A stretch of DNA of 63,986 bases, the filler included, from Octopus bimaculoides (taxonomy: Eukaryota): assembly GCF_001194135.2 (NCBI RefSeq). It is 9 parts of 9 records of this genome, joined end to end, with 100 filler letters (N's around TTAATTAATTAA, not from the genome) between each part and the next. Parts side by side here need not be neighbours in the genome. Positions count along the whole stretch, not along the records: positions 61,722 to 63,986 come from NC_068999.1; 8 more parts are not named here. One strand, written 5' to 3'. Position 1 is the first letter of the stretch, and the number at the start of each line of letters is the position of its first letter. The position numbers and the translations under genes were made by a program. Below, piece by piece: positions 63,339-63,986 of this stretch. The notes under the pieces were generated by a model that was not told the DNA's origin, made no database searches, and was given only the letters and a program-made list of their open reading frames with translations.

Positions 63339-63986
63339 CGTATTAATATAACACCAGTATAAAAACAAAGGAGGATTCGATAAGAGTAAATTTCTGTTGA
63401 AACAGCATACTGATCTGTCACCTACGTGAAACCTCTTCACCTTCATCGACATAAATTCTTTCTGTAACTCCCATCGATTAACCGTCATTTACAGATATTA
63501 AGACGGCAAAGTGGCTTCTCCTTGACCCCAACTCTCCTATAAATACTTAACCTTTATTTTTCTTACCTACTTTCATTATACAAAATACTATTACTACACT
63601 ATCCACGCAAATGTCTTCGTATGAAATTTACTTCATCTCCCACATCCTACATAAATCCATTTAAAACACATTTTTTTTTTCTTCCAAACAATCACAACGA
63701 AAGCTTACAATTTCTGGAAAACTGCCACAGAAACTTCAACGGTGTTTATAATAACGATATAAAAAGAAATTTCAAAGATTAACCATATAAGCAATTGTCT
63801 AAATATTTGTTCTTCGACATCACCTGACGAACCGGCAATGGTGAAATCTCTGAACTGTAATGAAATTACAACGTATTTGGTCACATATATCTTTCATAAC
63901 AATTTGACTCCGTTTCATGTTCATTTAAAGCATTTGATGGGATGGACGTGTTGTGTGAACCCACGAAACTTCAAGTAACGGAGAAC

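Larger units (their letters stand above)
1..63986. repeat. Dispersed microsatellites: (TA)n, (CA)n, (GA)n, (TATG)n, (TAGA)n, (ATT)n, (GTT)n, (CACG)n, (CATC)n, (CAGA)n
   Basis: Direct reading. Most assembly gaps begin or end in these tracts. Confidence 0.97.

Overview
AT-rich, microsatellite-dense animal genomic DNA from a fragmented draft assembly, with many N gaps, eight of them carrying an artificial TTAATTAATTAA linker. The repeat families and gap style suggest a cephalopod, probably Octopus (inference). No host protein-coding exon could be supported, and almost all long ORFs in the track are gap or microsatellite artefacts. The recognisable content is decayed mobile DNA. Retroelements: a 5'-truncated R4/Dong-type RLE LINE (3.6-6.2 kb), a Mag-like Gypsy LTR element with both LTRs, a tRNA-Ser PBS and a PPT (33.7-37.2 kb), two Penelope-like remnants, RTE and L1/Tx1 3' fragments, and more than 25 copies of three tRNA-derived SINE families. 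DNA elements: four Tc1/mariner remnants (one DD37D maT), MITEs and a Helitron-like element. The most notable structures are: (i) a gap-flanked head-to-tail array of at least 11 distinct tRNA-Ala(TGC) genes at about 160-bp period (59.6-61.6 kb), mixing canonical G3:U70 copies with A3:U70 and decayed copies; (ii) a Penelope element whose inverted pseudo-LTRs each contain a tRNA-like Pol III module upstream of a minimal hammerhead ribozyme motif, plus a second hammerhead-like repeat family with a shared CCGACGA core variant; (iii) several long near-perfect inverted repeats and a YY1-motif minisatellite. All calls were made by eye, so coordinates of decayed elements are approximate.
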